Of a stretch of 55,499 bases of DNA, positions 51,811 to 55,499 are shown in pieces. The stretch covers positions 102,009,901-102,065,399 of the forward strand of contig NC_057718.1 of assembly GCF_004010195.1 (NCBI RefSeq). Direction: 5' to 3'. This DNA comes from Chiloscyllium plagiosum (lineage: Eukaryota). Numbering within the stretch: position 1 is the stretch's first letter; every line of letters starts with the position of its first letter. The position numbers were made by a program, and so were the translations under genes. Under the pieces are notes generated by a model, which was not told the DNA's origin, did not search any database, and was given only the letters and a program-made list of their open reading frames with translations.

Positions 51811-52480
51811 TATGCCTACATCCCACAAATTTAAAAGAAAGCTTTTAGCTGTCTGTCCAAATATTGCCTCATTCTTGATAAAGGGCTTATGCCCGAAACG
51901 TCGATTCTCCTGCTCCTCAGATGCTGTGCGTTTCCAGCACCACACTCTTGACTCTGATCTCCAGCATTTGCAGTCCTCACATTTTCCATCGCCTCATATC
52001 TGTCTTAGTGTCAAACTGCGTTTGGTCTTGTGAAGGATCTGGGAGCTTTTTAAACCAACTTAAGGTGCTATATAGATGCAAATTGTGGTTATCACTTTAG
52101 TCAATAAAATAATCTTAAACAGGATTACAATATCTTTAATGAGTGAATTCTACAACCAAATCAAAGCAATCACGAGATATATTTTAACACAGTATTTCCC
52201 TCCTTAACCTGCGAGGAAGGGGCTAATTCAATTGAGATTCATTTTCACCAATTGTCATTCATCATCATTAAAGTCAAAAGATATCCAATTTTGGCACTAA
52301 CATTACTTCAGCCTACAAGCTCAAACACAAAAATGTGTTCCTATCAGTCAAATAATGATCAAAGTGCTGTTTCCCTGCTTCATGTGGAGAAAGTTAGGCA
52401 AATAAACAAGTCTGCTTTTGTAATTGATTTGCAACAGTCCTGTATTTATAAAGAAAAGATGTTCAGGAGATTCCCTGTGT

Positions 52481-52869
52481 TCAAATACTAGCTTCATTTG
52501 AATCGATTTGCTCCGGGTCTTTCTCACTGCTGCACTCTGCACTGCTGTCCACCTTTGGTTTCAAATGGATGATAACTTCAATTTGTTTTGCGAGATGTGT
52601 AGTGCTGTCCATTTCTAGAGTCTCTTCATCGTCTTCATCATCATTGAGATTGGACGTTTGAGAATCTTCTGCCTCCTTCAAGTCACTTGGCTCGGCCACC
52701 AAATCTTTGGAGTTCTCTTCCTCTACAGAGCCTTGAATCTTATCTTCACAAGTATCTGTCATTCTGTGTTTCCCAGTGCCAGTACCTTGAGTATTTATTT
52801 TGGAGTGGAAAGACATCTTTGTTCTTGAGTTGAAGGGACTGCGTACTTTTGTTGAGGGTATAGCTTTGC
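52481..52869 (-). CDS. Probable terminal coding exon of an unidentified upstream gene (acidic, Ser-rich C-terminus)
   Basis: Non-repeat open frame of ~128 codons (..KAIPSTKVRSPF...NDDEDDEETLEMDS...IDSNEASI*) beginning at acceptor aattttgtatttgccag|GC, with a ctaat branch-like motif upstream. Confidence 0.55.
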
Positions 52870-54486
52870 CTGGCAAATACAAAATTTCTGTGTTACTTGT
52901 TATGCATTAGACGATAAAGGTTTTTGAACATAGTCCAAGTCCATAGTTTTCATGAGAGCTTTATTTCAGTTGAACACACTCCATAAAACTCACTGACCCT
53001 CCGCCAATTACTAGCTCCTCATCAATCAAGTCAGGTACAATTAACCCTTAAATAACATATCCATCTCCTGTTTCCTTATTCTATTAGGTCTCAGACATTC
53101 CTTCAGATTGTATTAGACACTATTGGTCATGCAGTTAATACAGTAGAAGCTTTCAAATAGACTTCAGAGTTCATTTTTTGATCCCTTATTCCTTGAGGAT
53201 AGTTGCAAAAGTTTGGAGAACTGATTCAGTATGTTGCAACCCTATCTCTGTGCTCTACTCATATCCATCAGAGTACAGCAGGCCAGCAACAGCATAATGT
53301 AGAAGCAGGAATAGGCCATTTAGCCCTTCAATTCTACTATCCCATTTAATAAAATCACAGGCTGATTCTGGTCTCAACTCTACTCTCTTATCCACCAACA
53401 ATAACCCTTTAGAATTATCAAAAACATCCCTTAAGTCAGCCTTGACAATATTTGAAGACCTACCCTCCACTACCTTCTGGGAAAGAGAATTCCATTCTAT
53501 AGCCATGCAAGTTCCCCTCCAAACCACTCACCATCCTGACTTGGAAATATATCACTGTTCCTTCACTGGTGCTGCATCAAAATCCTAGAATTCCTTCCCT
53601 TGCAGTGTTGCAGATCTACCAACAATAGATTACAGGAAGAGTGATATTGGACTTGAAACATTAACTCTGTTTCTCTTTACACAGATGCTGCCAGACCTGC
53701 TGGGTTTCTCCAGCATTCTCTGTTTTAATTTCAGATCTCCAGCACCCGAAGTATTTTGGTTTGATTAAAATGTGCTATCATACTCCTGGCTTGGACCTTG
53801 TAGATGATGGACAGGTTTTAGGGAGTTTAGTGATGAGTTACTCACTGCAGCTTGTTGAATCAGCAGTGTGAAAGTACAAACAGCAATTGTTTTCAAGCAA
53901 AGGAAAACAGTATGAATTTTTCATTAGTTTGGAATGTCAACTTTCAATGATCATAAATACCTGGCTTTTATTCAGGATATGACAATAAGGAAAATATCCC
54001 AGGGCACCCAATTGTAAATACAGTGAGCTGGTTCATTACTGAAAGTACTTCTCATTAAATATTGCAAATTTTGTCTTTATGGAGGGGAGTTGATGTAAAA
54101 TACTGTTCATTTTCCAGGTTTTCCCATGGTTGTAAGAACACAGGAAATGGGAGCAGGAGTAGGCCATTTAGTCCCTCATGCCAAAGCGTTGGAAGATGAG
54201 GTGCAAGAATTTGCTAGCCCTTGTGGAGAGAAACCTTCCAGGAAATTCGACGAAGTTGACACATTGCAAAATGAAAACCTTAGATTCGGCCCCATCCGTC
54301 CCAGCACTCAGGCAAGTCCAGTACAGAAGCAGCTTCCACGCTGGCTGTTCTTACTTGAACTGCACAGATGCAAGGAGGTAGTCACAAGGTAGGAGAGACA
54401 CATGTGGTACAAAGGAGTTGTCTTATTGCTATGGAGAGCAACAATTCACGTAACTGGCAACACTGCAATCTCACTTCAGTCTGAAA

Positions 54487-55499
54487 TTTTTTTTTAATTT
54501 CAAAAATATACTTTATTCATAAAATAATTTGATGGTCTGTACAGTTGGTCATGCTATACATATGTAAACATGTACATATAGAGATTAGAATTTATCATTT
54601 TTACACAGGTCTGTACATTTTTCAATCAATGCCCATATGATTAGCTGAGGCATCAGCAGAGCCCAAATGACTGCGTGGGCCCCCTGTTCTTCTTTAGGCA
54701 GGCAGACTTTACACAGTGGTCTTTCCCCACCGCGCCTTGGCGGCAGCTGCCCCAAGCTTCAGCGCATCCCTCAACACGTGGTCCTGGACCTTGGAACGTG
54801 CCAGTCTGCAGCACTCAGTCGGGGTCAACTCCTTGAGCTGGAAGATCAGCAGGTTTCGGACCACCCAGAGAGCGTCCTTCACCGAGTTGATGATCCTCCA
54901 GGCACAGTTGATGTTCGTCTTGGTGTGCGTCCCGGGGAACAGGCCGTAGAGCACGGAGTCCCGCGTCACGGCGCTGCTCGGGACGAACCTCGACAAACAC
55001 CACTGCATTCCTCTCCAGACTTCCTCTGCATAGGCACATTCCAGAATGAGGTGTGTGACAGTCTCGTCCCCCCCGCAGCCGCTTCGAGGGCAGCGTGCCG
55101 TGCGGCTGAGAGTCCGCGCGTGCATAAAGGATTTCACAGGCAGAGCCCTTCTCACCACCAGCCAAGCCATGTCTTGGCGCTTGTTGGAAAGTTCTGGCGA
55201 TGAGGCATCCTGCCAAATGGCTTTGACAGTCTGCTCAGGGAACCACTCGATAGGATCCGCCCTCTCCTTTTCCCGAAGGATCTCAAGGACACTACGTGCT
55301 GACCACTTCCTAATGGACTTGTGGTCAAAGGTGTTTTTCTTCATAAACTTCTCCACGAAGGACAAGTGATACGGAACGGTCCGACTACTCGGAGCGTTCC
55401 GCGGCAGCGAGGCCAGGCCCATCCTTCGCAACACCGGGGACAGGTAGAACCTCAGTACATAGTGACACTTGGTGTTTGCGTACCGGGGATCCACACACA
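54487..55499 (-). mobile_element. Tx1/L1-clade LINE, 3' end (ORF2 C-terminus, 3' UTR, polyA)
   Basis: Uninterrupted 261-aa frame (54709-55494) with AWLVVRRALPV and the CCHC knuckle CPRSGCGGDETVTHLILEC; AATAAA at 54512-54517 (minus) then an A tract at 54487-54495. Confidence 0.88.

Noticed and set aside
54126..54392. Possible additional exon of the upstream gene
   Set aside because: The minus-strand frames after the candidate acceptor hit stops, no clear donor was found, and the plus-strand ORFs are unrecognisable.

Overview
Eukaryotic, repeat-dense vertebrate DNA, almost certainly a shark or other elasmobranch, judging by the many HE1-type V-SINEs and HER1/CR1-type LINE tails. The main gene is the 5' part of prohormone convertase 2 (pcsk2) on the minus strand: coding exon 1 at 42110-42283 and exon 2 at 15841-15945, separated by a ~26 kb intron 1. 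Exon 3 was not found and probably lies left of the window. A probable terminal exon of an unidentified upstream gene (52481-52869, minus) and the 3' end of a Tx1-like LINE (54487-55499) lie at the right end. Notable non-coding signals: (1) several families of short palindromic elements flanked by 10-18 bp direct repeats and carrying Penelope-type minimal hammerhead ribozyme cores (CUGANGA...GAAA..UH) at their symmetry centre; (2) a ~4.2 kb 24-bp minisatellite inside a ~5 kb insertion that splits an older repeat; (3) a near-perfect RE1/NRSE (REST) site in intron 1, an RFX X-box after exon 2, and a 4x17-bp RBPJ/SOX-motif array at the exon 1 donor. Almost all ORFs in the supplied track are repeat-derived or spurious. 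All calls are by eye, no searches were run, and repeat boundaries are approximate.
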